Virus record (IMG/VR): IMGVR_UViG_3300037859_000002
Span: 47,212-111,211 of that record
Reading direction: 5' to 3' (one strand)
DNA: 64,000 nucleotides
Source of the DNA: a virus
In this document: positions 54,089 through 62,873 of the stretch, piece by piece
Layout: every line of letters starts with the position of its first letter
Numbering within the stretch: the stretch's first letter is position 1
Position numbers and translations under genes: made by a program
Notes under the pieces: generated by a model
Told to the model about the DNA's origin: nothing
Databases searched by the model: none
The model's input: the letters and a program-made list of their open reading frames with translations, nothing else

Positions 54089-56737
54089 ATGCCGGTCGCG
54101 CGCACCTACGGGACCAGGCTTCGCACGCGGGGAGCGGGCGCGGCCCGACAGGCGGTGCCCGACTTCGGTGGCGCGGGCGGCCTGATCGCGACGCTGCAGC
54201 TGGTGAACACCAGCGGCAGCACCCAGGCTGCGGCGCCCACGCACATGGCCGGCATCTGGCTGCGCGAGGGCGACCTGCCCAGCGGCCAGCACCCGCAGTG
54301 GAAGATCGACGGCACCACGCGCAAGGCCACCTGGCGCGTGAATGCGCGCTGGCCCGATGGCAGCGCCCAGCACATCAGCTTCATCCTGATCGCCCCCAGC
54401 ATCGCGGGCAGCGCCACCAAGGACGTGGAGGTCTGGGGCGGCGGCGCGGCGCCAGTGACCTCTGGGCTGGACCTGACCACCATCACCGGCCGCGATTTCA
54501 AGACCGAGATCACCGGAATCACGAACCTGACCGGCACATGGACCGCGAGCGTCGACCGGGGGATCAGCGACAACGACAGCGTCCTGCTGATCATGAACGG
54601 CGAGGCGGGGCCGGTGTACCGCGTGCGGACGCAGCTGCGCGACAGCGGCAACGTCGCGCACGGCCAGCTGCACTCGTATGACTACGTGCAGGTGCTGGCC
54701 AACGACAGCGGCACGCTGGCGCATTTCCGCCTGCTGTCGCGCATCGTTCCGCCGTTTCTCAACGTGGACAGCCCGTCGAAGGTCAAGCGCAGCTTCGCCT
54801 CGCTGGTGGTGAAGGACGGCGCCTCGACGATCGCGACGCTCACCTCCGGCAGCGCCAAGACTTTCACCGCCAGCGGCGGCAGCGTTACGGTCACCATGAC
54901 CGGCCACGGCCTCGAGACTGGCATGGCCGGCCGCATGACCACGACGGGCACCCTGCCTGGCGGGCTGAGCACAGGCACCGACTATTACCTGCGCGTGACC
55001 GGCACCAACACGGTCCAACTCTATCCCATTGCAAGCGATTCAGTCGGCGACTTCAACGTCATCACACCCTCCTCGGCCGGGTCGGGCACCCACACCTTCA
55101 CCCCGCACATCGAAGTCGTGCACTTCGCCAGCGTCTTCACCGCCACTGGCGAGGGCAAGTACCAGTTCGCCCAGGGCGGCGGGTCGGTCTCGACCGAGAA
55201 CACCTGCCGCTGGGTGTTCCCGAAGGCCTACCTGAAATCGACGAAGTGCATCCCGACCTGGCGGGTGGACCACACGCCCACGGCGTTCGCCACCCACAGC
55301 TACGTCCCGAACGGCAAGGGCCCGCTGCGCTCCCGATTCGGCGACACGGGGGCGCACCCCCAGATCGCTGTGCAGCCGCAATGGGCGGCCACGCACTTCC
55401 AGCTGCAGACCGCGACGCAGGAGCAGACCGTGCGCGTCGCGGGCCTGAGCCTGGGGCACGCGACGATCTGCGTGCGCAACAGCGGCACCGGCACGGTCCC
55501 GGTGCTGAACGCTGCCAGCGGTACGCCCTACACGGGCATGGGAACCGCGGTGGCGACCTCGATCCGCTGGAACGGCTCCCCGGGCCAGAGCACGGGCTTC
55601 ACCATGCCTACTGGCGACTCCACCGGGGTCATCCTCGCCGAGGGCTTCAATCACTGGGGCGGCGGGCCGGTGATGTATGCGGCCGGCATCACGGGCGAGC
55701 CGCAGTACTTCGACCTGCTGGTCGAGACCGCCAACTACACGATCCTGTCGCGCGAGCTGAACAGCAGCAGGAACAACGCCAGCGCCAGCCGCTACGGCTA
55801 CCAGATCTTCGATCCCTACCAGGTGCGCGAGGATGCCTGGGCGATGGCCAACATGGGCCACGCCGCCGGCATGATCAGCGTCGCGCACTGGGATGCCGCG
55901 GGGCTGCACACCTATCTGCAGGACTGCCTGAAGGTCACCTACGACGAGGCGAACGCGCGCGTCACCGCGCTGCCGACCTTCCAGCAGAACAACGGCCTGA
56001 TGCCCTACATCATCGAGCAGGGGGGCGCGAACGCCGGCAACATCAAGACCTATCTGGCGCCGTGGAACACCGACTACATGATCGAGGCGGTGTCCGCGAC
56101 GTACGGGCTGACCAAGTACGCGGGCGCCAAAACCTTCGGCGAGTTCCTGGGCAAGCTGCCGGCGGCGGTGCATGCCGACGTGGGGCTGTTCCACTGGTTC
56201 GTCTACCAGGTCCTGATCTCGACGGCGGAGATCTACGCGCTGGTCACCAACATCAACCAGGTGCACTACCTGCTGGACCTGCTGTCGGTCGATGTGAGCG
56301 GCAACACGATCACGGTGGACCCGCCGGCACAGTTCAACATGGCCGACGGCGATCGGATCCTGATCACGGGATCCGGCGCGGGTCCGACCGCCTTCCAAAG
56401 CCTGTATGCGCGCGATGTCAGTGATCCTGGGGTGGGGTCGAACAAAACGTTTCGCGTGGCGACCACGGCGGGCGGCACGGCGATCGACATCACCAGCACC
56501 AGCGTCGGCTTCGTCAACGCTCGGCTGCTGGGGTCGCAGCCGAACACTTACGGCCTGACCTACGCTGGCGATAACCAGTATCAGCAGGTGGGCTTCTCGG
56601 CCTACTCGATGGCCGTGGCCATGGGCCTGTCGGGGTTCAGTACGATCCAGACCGAGGCGGCGAGGCTGATCGCCCTGGATTCGTTTTCAACGTTTGCCAA
56701 CCCAATGAACGACCGGACATCGAGCGTGCTGACATGA
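54089..56737 (+). CDS. large receptor-binding or depolymerase-like virion protein
   Basis: 882 aa; RWPDGS N-terminal module; TLPGGL..GTDYY module. Confidence 0.6.
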   Translation: MPVARTYGTRLRTRGAGAARQAVPDFGGAGGLIATLQLVNTSGSTQAAAPTHMAGIWLREGDLPSGQHPQWKIDGTTRKATWRVNARWPDGSAQHISFILIAPSIAGSATKDVEVWGGGAAPVTSGLDLTTITGRDFKTEITGITNLTGTWTASVDRGISDNDSVLLIMNGEAGPVYRVRTQLRDSGNVAHGQLHSYDYVQVLANDSGTLAHFRLLSRIVPPFLNVDSPSKVKRSFASLVVKDGASTIATLTSGSAKTFTASGGSVTVTMTGHGLETGMAGRMTTTGTLPGGLSTGTDYYLRVTGTNTVQLYPIASDSVGDFNVITPSSAGSGTHTFTPHIEVVHFASVFTATGEGKYQFAQGGGSVSTENTCRWVFPKAYLKSTKCIPTWRVDHTPTAFATHSYVPNGKGPLRSRFGDTGAHPQIAVQPQWAATHFQLQTATQEQTVRVAGLSLGHATICVRNSGTGTVPVLNAASGTPYTGMGTAVATSIRWNGSPGQSTGFTMPTGDSTGVILAEGFNHWGGGPVMYAAGITGEPQYFDLLVETANYTILSRELNSSRNNASASRYGYQIFDPYQVREDAWAMANMGHAAGMISVAHWDAAGLHTYLQDCLKVTYDEANARVTALPTFQQNNGLMPYIIEQGGANAGNIKTYLAPWNTDYMIEAVSATYGLTKYAGAKTFGEFLGKLPAAVHADVGLFHWFVYQVLISTAEIYALVTNINQVHYLLDLLSVDVSGNTITVDPPAQFNMADGDRILITGSGAGPTAFQSLYARDVSDPGVGSNKTFRVATTAGGTAIDITSTSVGFVNARLLGSQPNTYGLTYAGDNQYQQVGFSAYSMAVAMGLSGFSTIQTEAARLIALDSFSTFANPMNDRTSSVLT

Positions 56738-57144
56738 GCCGAGAGCTTCTCAGGACCTTCACGCGCGGCGGCTTCCACGCGCACGAAAACCATCTGCCGA
56801 ACGTGGGCGATGGCGTGCCGCTGCATCCGCACGAGTATGCCCACGTCATCTTCAGCACCGTGCCGCTGCGCCTGCTGGTGAAGGACGACCGCGGCGAGAT
56901 CATTGATCGCATCGTGGCCGCCGGCTCGCTCCCCGTTGTCGAGGCGCACGTCTGGCACGGCGTCGTCGCGGTCGAGCCCGACACGAGGTTCACCTGCGCG
57001 TTCCCCTGCTGGCAGCCCGGCGCGGACGGTCGCCCCATGTGGCTTGCCGATCCCAAGATCGAATCTTCCATGGTCAAGGGCGGGCCCGTTCCCGACTGGC
57101 TGGCACGGGCGATGGCGAAGGCGCGGGAGACCTTCGGTGGCTAA
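56734..57144 (+). CDS. cupin-like protein
   Basis: HPHEYAH...WH motif. Confidence 0.6.
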   Translation: MSRELLRTFTRGGFHAHENHLPNVGDGVPLHPHEYAHVIFSTVPLRLLVKDDRGEIIDRIVAAGSLPVVEAHVWHGVVAVEPDTRFTCAFPCWQPGADGRPMWLADPKIESSMVKGGPVPDWLARAMAKARETFGG

Positions 57145-57508
57145 GCTGCTGGTGCGCGGTCCCGCGCCGTTCAAGGTCGGCAGCCCGACGGCGCTGCGTC
57201 CCGGCGACCTGCTGGACGCACTCGACGATGCGCACGCATTCAGCCAGGCCGAGCTGGGCAGCAACCTGTTCGTCTGCCTTCATGTGTCGGGCGTCTCGGC
57301 CCGCGAACTGACGCCCTACTGCGCCAGCATCGGCGCCGACGAGAGGGGCGGCGCCCTGGCGCTGAAGCGCGCCTGGTCCATCGATCTGGGCCGCCTCGGC
57401 CTGCGCGGCACCGACGGCCTGTTCCACCGCACCTGGGACCAGCTGAGGCACGCCCTGGTGCGCAAGGAAGCGCCGGTCGATCCGCTGCACTTCACGGGGC
57501 GAAGCTGA
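57137..57508 (+). CDS. hypothetical protein
   Basis: coupled ORF with GTG start. Confidence 0.55.
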   Translation: MAKLLVRGPAPFKVGSPTALRPGDLLDALDDAHAFSQAELGSNLFVCLHVSGVSARELTPYCASIGADERGGALALKRAWSIDLGRLGLRGTDGLFHRTWDQLRHALVRKEAPVDPLHFTGRS

Positions 57509-58473
57509 TGGCGACCAAGACGATCGGCAGTGGCGGAGGCCGCGACTATTCGACGGTTGCCGCGTGGATCACCTATTTGGAGGCACTGACCTTCAGCGGC
57601 GACGAGATCGGCGAGTGCTACAACGACTCCGAGTTCGTCACCTCGGCCGAGCTGGTGTTCGACAGCGACATCGACAACACGGGCAGCCAGAAGGTCATCC
57701 TGCGTCCCGCCTCGGGCCAGGGCTTTGCCGACCACGCGAGCGCCGCGACCAATGCGCTGCGGTACAACGCATCGAATGGTGTCGGCATCCGGATCACCTC
57801 CGGCGTCGACTCGGTGATCAAGGCGAGCATCCCGCGCTTCGAGATCTATGGGATGCAGCTGAAGAAGGACACCGCGTACCTGTCGGTGCTCTGGACCAAC
57901 GGTGACGGCAGCTCCAACACGGGCGTCATCGTCGAGCGCTGTATCATCCAGGGGGTCGGGGGGCGCGGGGTCAGCTGGAACGCGACGGGCGAAATCCGGT
58001 CCACGCTGATCCTGCACAACGGCGCGAACCCTGGCGTCGATTCCAGCCTGGGCTCGCTGACGATGAAGAACTGCACGATCGTCAGGTCGGCAGCGGCCGC
58101 GACCACGGGCATCAATCGCGTGTATGCGACGACGGTGATCAAGAACTGCGCGGTCTTTGGGTTCTCCACAAACTTCGCCGGCACCATCAGCGGCAACAAC
58201 AACGCCAGCGACGGGTCGATCAGCTTCGGCAGCGGCAACCAGGCGAGCCTGACCTACGCAAGCCAGTTCCAGGTCATCACCAGCGGCTCGGAAGATTTCC
58301 GGGCCGTGACCAGCGGCAGCCTGGACGGCAACGGCGCCAACGCCGATGCGCCCACGACCGACATTATCAACCAGACTCGACCGAACCCGCCGGCGATTGG
58401 CGCCTGGGACTTTCCAAGCGGTGGTGGCGGTGGCGGAGAATCCTACCTGATCTCCGCCATGGTTTTTGGCTGA
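57508..58473 (+). CDS. beta-helix (pectin-lyase-like) virion protein
   Basis: DYSTVAAW N-terminus, KNCTI/KNCAV repeats, C-terminal IGAWD. Confidence 0.65.
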   Translation: MATKTIGSGGGRDYSTVAAWITYLEALTFSGDEIGECYNDSEFVTSAELVFDSDIDNTGSQKVILRPASGQGFADHASAATNALRYNASNGVGIRITSGVDSVIKASIPRFEIYGMQLKKDTAYLSVLWTNGDGSSNTGVIVERCIIQGVGGRGVSWNATGEIRSTLILHNGANPGVDSSLGSLTMKNCTIVRSAAAATTGINRVYATTVIKNCAVFGFSTNFAGTISGNNNASDGSISFGSGNQASLTYASQFQVITSGSEDFRAVTSGSLDGNGANADAPTTDIINQTRPNPPAIGAWDFPSGGGGGGESYLISAMVFG

Positions 58474-58497
58474 CACAAACTCCTGAGGAGAAATGAA

Positions 58498-58737
58498 ATG
58501 CGTGTACCACTCGCCGCCGCGGCGGCGCTGAGCCTATCGGCGTGTACGACGGTGCCAAAGGATGCGAGCGAGGCCGAGCGCGCGGTCACCCTGCTCGCCG
58601 ATGGTGCGCGGGCCTTCTGCGCGGCGACGCTCGCCACCAGGGCGCTGATCACCGACCGGGCGCGCCAGGCCGAGCATCTGGGCAAGATGAGCGCCCTCTG
58701 CTGGGAGAGCGACCAGCCCGTGCAGGTGACGCCATGA
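58498..58737 (+). CDS. lipoprotein (possible spanin component)
   Basis: lipobox LSAC. Confidence 0.6.
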   Translation: MRVPLAAAAALSLSACTTVPKDASEAERAVTLLADGARAFCAATLATRALITDRARQAEHLGKMSALCWESDQPVQVTP

Positions 58738-58937
58738 ACCGCGGGATCTCCTACATCCTGGCCCGCCTGGCCGAGAAGAACACCTGGGCCGGGCTGGCCG
58801 CGGCCGCTGCCGGCCTGGGCATCCTGATCAAGCCCGAGCTCTGGGAATCGCTGACGGCGCTCGGCATGGCCGCCGCAGGCCTTGGCCTGGCCTTGTCGAA
58901 GGACGCGCCGCCCACACCTCCGCCGCCAAAGCCGTGA
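58734..58937 (+). CDS. putative holin
   Basis: 67 aa, RLAEKNTWAGL, two hydrophobic helices. Confidence 0.65.
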   Translation: MNRGISYILARLAEKNTWAGLAAAAAGLGILIKPELWESLTALGMAAAGLGLALSKDAPPTPPPPKP

Positions 58938-59173
58938 GCGAACAGGGGGGCGAGCCCCCGGCCCCAACCTGGGAGAGCGATCCGGCCATTCCTGGTGTGC
59001 GTGTTCGCGAGGGCTACCTCTTCTGGACGGTGGGCGATCAGGCTTTCCACGTGCACCACGCGGATCCGCGTGTGCGGGTGCTGGGCGGCACCGACGGGCT
59101 GATCCACGGCATGGTCGAGGGCGACACTCTGGTGCGGCTCTGGGTGCCCAAGGAGCTGATGGACGCAGCCTGA
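58934..59173 (+). CDS. hypothetical protein
   Basis: GTGA-coupled last gene of the operon. Confidence 0.55.
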   Translation: MSEQGGEPPAPTWESDPAIPGVRVREGYLFWTVGDQAFHVHHADPRVRVLGGTDGLIHGMVEGDTLVRLWVPKELMDAA

Positions 59174-59180
59174 GCCACAG

Positions 59181-59230
59181 ACGCACGAAAGGCCCCCGGG
59201 GGAGTGATCCCTCGGGGGCCTTTTTTGCGT
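59181..59230. terminator. intrinsic terminator between convergent modules (probably bidirectional)
   Basis: AAAGGCCCCCGGGGGA-loop-TCCCTCGGGGGCCTTTTTT. Confidence 0.88.
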
Positions 59231-59231
59231 T

Positions 59232-59786
59232 TCAGGAGCTGCTGTTGATCGCGGCATTGCACAGCACATTGGCGATGGTCGGCGCCGTATGTTCGGTCCG
59301 GACGGTCGGCTCTCCCGGGTGCCATGAGCCGGGGCGGCTGATCCGATAACGGTGATTGTGAACCACCAGGGTCGGAACATGCACCATATCCGGGTGGGGC
59401 TCTTCGACGAGCGTGTCGAAAACCCAGCTGTCGCCAATGTACCGCGCAACCAGCAGACGTCCCACCCTGTCTGGTAAGATCGCCCTGGCGCCAATGGCGA
59501 CGGGATGTAACAGGTCGAAACCTCCGTTCCACCCGTATCGCAGCGCCTCGTTGATCAAGAGCAGTCCGCTGATGATCCATTCTGCATCGTCGTGGTCCCA
59601 CGGTGTGGGCGCTTGCCACGGCTGATCGATGAGCCGCGCGACCACCGCTTGAGTTTCCTCGAAGCGATGGCGTCGGGCGTTATCCATGCCTGGAGCATGC
59701 CCGCGTCTGGCGGCCATTTCACTGTGGATATGGGCATCGAGGTCGAGCAGGCGCTTCGTCAGCAGGATGACGGGCTCTGTGTTCAT
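59232..59786 (-). CDS. hypothetical protein
   Basis: MNTEPVILL... after GAGGAG RBS. Confidence 0.7.
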   Translation of the reverse strand: MNTEPVILLTKRLLDLDAHIHSEMAARRGHAPGMDNARRHRFEETQAVVARLIDQPWQAPTPWDHDDAEWIISGLLLINEALRYGWNGGFDLLHPVAIGARAILPDRVGRLLVARYIGDSWVFDTLVEEPHPDMVHVPTLVVHNHRYRISRPGSWHPGEPTVRTEHTAPTIANVLCNAAINSSS

Positions 59787-59792
59787 CGGTTT

Positions 59793-59858
59793 CTCCTCAG
59801 CGCCGGTCGATGATGGCCGGCAGAGCCGCACCGGGATCTTCCCGGTGGGCTTTCGTCA
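59793..59858 (-). ncRNA. hammerhead ribozyme HH14, type II (stem II reduced to ~1 bp)
   Basis: UGAC GAAA GCC..GGCUC UGCCGG-CCGGCG CUGAGGA G. Confidence 0.7.
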
Positions 59859-60206
59859 TTCCTTCAGGGGCAGCACGCCGAGTTGCTTCAAAGACTCATA
59901 GGTCGCAAGCCCCCGCGTTGAGCCGTACATGGTCAGGCCCATGGCATCGAGTTTCTCGACGATGGCAAGCACGTGCTGGGCGGCCATCTGTTCTCCCAAT
60001 TTTTTTGTGCTGACGTGGAGCGAGTGCTGCGCGACTCTTTGCCACACGGTGTCACCTGTGTGATCGGTGGGAAAATAGCGCCAACCCTCGCAGACGGTTC
60101 TCAGGGTTTCCTGATCGGCTGCGGCGCGTGGGACCTGGACAGACCAGGTGCCGGAAAAGGGTTCGAAACTGACGTAGTAGGCTCGACTTAGATCAAGTAC
60201 TGTCAT
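59856..60206 (-). CDS. hypothetical protein
   Basis: MTVLDLSR... after GAGGAG RBS. Confidence 0.7.
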   Translation of the reverse strand: MTVLDLSRAYYVSFEPFSGTWSVQVPRAAADQETLRTVCEGWRYFPTDHTGDTVWQRVAQHSLHVSTKKLGEQMAAQHVLAIVEKLDAMGLTMYGSTRGLATYESLKQLGVLPLKE

Positions 60207-60214
60207 CGGATAGC

Positions 60215-60283
60215 TCCTCTTCATGGGGATGATTCCCCGACCGTTCCCCCTGAGTCAAAGCTCAGGGGGCCGGTTTCGGATCA
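60215..60283 (-). ncRNA. hammerhead-like RNA HH15, type II, AUGAAGA core variant
   Basis: UGAUCC GAAA CCG..CGGUC GGGGA-UCCCC AUGAAGA GGA. Confidence 0.7.
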
Positions 60284-60793
60284 GTCGAGGCAGTGGCCGC
60301 GCACGCGATCATAGACCTCGCCCGTGTCCTGTCTGAGCATGTCTCCATACTCGAGCAGGGCCAGGCACGCGGGCGCGCTCGACTGGCGCAGGATATAGAT
60401 CCGGCTCCGGGGGTCGGAGCCGTTCCAGAAATCCTGGCACTGGAGGTGCTCGCGCTCGGTGTAGTCGGGCTCATCGAGCACCGGGTAGTCGTGGTAGCGC
60501 TCCACGATCGCGTCGGCCCGTTCCAGCAGCTCATGGGCGTCGGCCTTGATCATGATGACCTCGACCCAACCGCACAGCGCGTGCGTGCAGTGGGTGACGA
60601 CCACGCCGTCGCTCTCGCCTCCGATGGCGCTGAGTGCGGCATCGAAGTTGGAGAGCTCGAGCGGGCCGCTGTCGCGGTTGCGACCGAAGAAGCGGTACCA
60701 GCCGTCCCATTGGGTGCCCACGTAACGGGCGGGCCACTCCTGGTCATAATCCTCCCAGCGCTGCAGGTGCAGCGGCGTGTAGGGGTCGTCCAT
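60281..60793 (-). CDS. phage hypothetical protein
   Basis: MDDPYTPLH..., RDS..LELSNF, GWVE, DYPVLDE. Confidence 0.75.
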   Translation of the reverse strand: MDDPYTPLHLQRWEDYDQEWPARYVGTQWDGWYRFFGRNRDSGPLELSNFDAALSAIGGESDGVVVTHCTHALCGWVEVIMIKADAHELLERADAIVERYHDYPVLDEPDYTEREHLQCQDFWNGSDPRSRIYILRQSSAPACLALLEYGDMLRQDTGEVYDRVRGHCLD

Positions 60794-60799
60794 TGTGGT

Positions 60800-60870
60800 T
60801 GACCTCGTCAGCGCCGGCGATGGTGCCGGCCGAGCGTCCCCGCCGCGATGCGACGGGGCGCTTTCGGTCA
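60800..60870 (-). ncRNA. hammerhead ribozyme HH16, type II (near copy of HH6)
   Basis: UGACC GAAA...CUC G GCCGGC-GCCGGC G CUGACGA GGUCA; compensatory one-pair indel in stem II relative to HH6. Confidence 0.92.
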
Positions 60871-61263
60871 GGCGGACACGGGCACCGGGCCGGTGATCCA
60901 TTCGCTCTCGTCGTGACGGATCACGATCGACTGGTGCCGGTCGTTGTAGACCACCGGGGCCTGCATGCCTGCGTCGGCCCAGCTTCGGAGCCGATTACCG
61001 TTTTCGACGGCGAAGGCCCAGGCGACTGCCGCAGGATCGTCGGACTGGTAGTAGGCCCGGACCTCGTAGTAGGTGCCGAACTCGTGCGGGTTGCCGCGGA
61101 TCTTCATGGTCAGGCCCACGGGCGGCGCGCCATAGACGCGCTCGATGGCCAGCATGAAGGCGCGGCATTCCAGGCGATTGCAATCGCCTGCGTTCTCGGT
61201 GATGCCGGTGGCGGCGCCCTCCTCATACGAAGGACCGCTCCCGAAGTCGGTGAAGGTGGACAT
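60868..61263 (-). CDS. phage hypothetical protein
   Basis: MSTFTDFGSGP..., NPHEFGTYYEV. Confidence 0.75.
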   Translation of the reverse strand: MSTFTDFGSGPSYEEGAATGITENAGDCNRLECRAFMLAIERVYGAPPVGLTMKIRGNPHEFGTYYEVRAYYQSDDPAAVAWAFAVENGNRLRSWADAGMQAPVVYNDRHQSIVIRHDESEWITGPVPVSA

Positions 61264-61268
61264 GTGGT

Positions 61269-61339
61269 TGACTTCTTCAGGCCGGCGACGATGCCGGCAG
61301 ACACGCCCTGCCCGACGATGGGCAGGGGTGTTTCGGTCA
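61269..61339 (-). ncRNA. hammerhead ribozyme HH17, type II
   Basis: UGACC GAAA CAC..GUGUC U GCCGGC-GCCGGC CUGAAGA AGUCA. Confidence 0.8.
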
Positions 61340-61612
61340 GGCTGATTTCGGGATCGAGCCGGGTGCCGCCAGCACGAAGCCATGAACATAGGCTCGATCG
61401 CACTGGCCGACGACTTCGGTGATCGCGTCGTCGCTCATGGAGGACTCAGGTTCCTTCATGAACTCGCCCTCTGGCAGGTAGTTGGAGCAAATGGCCACCG
61501 CTTCGCGCACGGCGACTTCCCAGTCGCTGTCGAGCAGGAACCAGGCAAAGGCCTCGGTGTGGTCGACGCCTTTGCCGAGCGGCTGAGTCTGCAATCCGAA
61601 GATCCAGCTCAT
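61337..61612 (-). CDS. hypothetical protein
   Basis: 91-aa ORF between HH18 and HH17. Confidence 0.7.
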   Translation of the reverse strand: MSWIFGLQTQPLGKGVDHTEAFAWFLLDSDWEVAVREAVAICSNYLPEGEFMKEPESSMSDDAITEVVGQCDRAYVHGFVLAAPGSIPKSA

Positions 61613-61618
61613 GGCTTT

Positions 61619-61673
61619 CCCTTTCGCCGGCGTGCTGGCCGGCTCTTCAGCCCCGCCGATGGGCGGGGAAGGG
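61619..61673 (-). ncRNA. hammerhead ribozyme HH18, type III
   Basis: CCCUU / CCCCGCC-GGCGGGG / CUGAAGA / GCCGGC-GCCGGC / GAAA GGG. Confidence 0.92.
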
Positions 61674-61682
61674 CGCCCGCGG

Positions 61683-61916
61683 CTACGGGGCGGGCGGCAG
61701 GACGCGGATGGTTTCGCCCGTCGTCTGCGATGAGCAGGCGAAGCTCGCGCCCCTGGACTGGGTTTGGTAAATCAGCCGCCGCGTGGCTTCGCCAGCGGTC
61801 TGGCATGCCTCCAATGAGGCATAGACCGCGGTCATGACCGTCGGCGGAACCGTCGGTGGATTGGCAACCACGCCCGGGCTGCTCCAGATCCAGAATATCA
61901 GCACCCATCCGGACAT
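61683..61916 (-). CDS. small hypothetical protein
   Basis: GGAGG RBS; hydrophobic N-terminus; SLEACQ...FACS. Confidence 0.65.
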   Translation of the reverse strand: MSGWVLIFWIWSSPGVVANPPTVPPTVMTAVYASLEACQTAGEATRRLIYQTQSRGASFACSSQTTGETIRVLPPAP

Positions 61917-61961
61917 GCTTGGCCCTCCCCCTGTGAGGGGTCGCAGCCTATCAGAGCCGGG

Positions 61962-62027
61962 TGTCGCTCGTCAGTGCCCATTGGGCAGACGCACCGCCCG
62001 GACAACCCGGACGGGCGTTTCGGATCA
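61962..62027 (-). ncRNA. hammerhead ribozyme HH19, type II (irregular stem II)
   Basis: UGAUCC GAAA CGC..GCGUC UGCCC-GGGCA CUGACGA GCGACA. Confidence 0.8.
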
Positions 62028-62408
62028 GGGACTGTTCGGCTCATAGGTCAGGCTGGGCTTCACGTTCTTGACGTGGAGCACGCCGTGGCCATCGGTGCGG
62101 CCCAGAAATTCATAGGCGCGATCCGCCAGCTTCTGGATCTCGGCGGCCTGATGGCCGAAGGCAAGGGCCTGCATGTAGATCGCGACCAGGCCGCGGTTGC
62201 TGCCCCCCAGCGCGAATGGTTCGGGAGAGACCTCCCCGATCCAGATTTCGGTGGAGAGGCGGCGGATGTTCAGATCGAAGCTGCCATCTGGGTTTTCCCA
62301 GAGCGCGGCGCGGTAGTGCCTGTGCACGGCCTCCTTCAGGATGTGCTGGTTGATTTTCTCGGGCGTGGCATCGCGAATGAGCTGGAACAGTTCGAAAGCT
62401 GTGCTCAT
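62025..62408 (-). CDS. hypothetical protein
   Basis: MSTAFELFQL... after HH20. Confidence 0.7.
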   Translation of the reverse strand: MSTAFELFQLIRDATPEKINQHILKEAVHRHYRAALWENPDGSFDLNIRRLSTEIWIGEVSPEPFALGGSNRGLVAIYMQALAFGHQAAEIQKLADRAYEFLGRTDGHGVLHVKNVKPSLTYEPNSP

Positions 62409-62413
62409 CAGGT

Positions 62414-62484
62414 TGATCCTCTTCAGCGCCACCTTGATTGGTGGCCGACGCGCCCCGGCCATGGGCCAGGGCGGTTTCGGATCA
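62414..62484 (-). ncRNA. hammerhead ribozyme HH20, type II (identical to HH4)
   Basis: same 71 nt as 1546-1616. Confidence 0.92.
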
Positions 62485-62865
62485 GGCTTCGACACGCTCT
62501 TCCAGGAGCTGGTCCATCAGGGCCAGCTGCCGAGCCTTGGTTTCTTCCCCTGCCGGAGCAATGAGGTCGTAAAACAAAGCAGTCACCATCCTGGGATCAT
62601 TGATACCGAAGAACTTGGCCAGTTCCTGCGGTCTGTTGTGGAACAGCCCATGGATGCTGAGGCTCCCCGTGAGCGGCAATAGATTCAGTCCCTCGGCCTG
62701 GAGGACGGGATCCATGGCACCGTGTCCTGCGATGCACGCGGTGGTGCCGCACACGGACCTCCATTTGGCCATCTCGATCGTCTCGGCCGGGGTATCGGCG
62801 ATGACCTCGCGGAGGCGGGCGAGCCGCTGCCGCGGGGTCAGGCCGACGCGTTTTTGGAACTTCAT
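62482..62865 (-). CDS. CGxxxCIxGH family protein (paralogue 3)
   Basis: GLTPRQRLARLR..CGTTACIAGHGAMDPVLQAEGL. Confidence 0.8.
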   Translation of the reverse strand: MKFQKRVGLTPRQRLARLREVIADTPAETIEMAKWRSVCGTTACIAGHGAMDPVLQAEGLNLLPLTGSLSIHGLFHNRPQELAKFFGINDPRMVTALFYDLIAPAGEETKARQLALMDQLLEERVEA

Positions 62866-62873
62866 CGGATAGC

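Noticed and set aside
9132-56398. Long - strand ORFs (e.g. 12511-14703, 16812-19172, 21526-25551, 48166-50424)
   Set aside because: Antisense to well-supported structural genes and without recognisable motifs
60207-60224. MKRSYP N-terminal extensions (also 62866-62883) and other starts inside ribozymes
   Set aside because: The ATG is the variant ribozyme core; the downstream ATG has a correctly spaced GAGGAG
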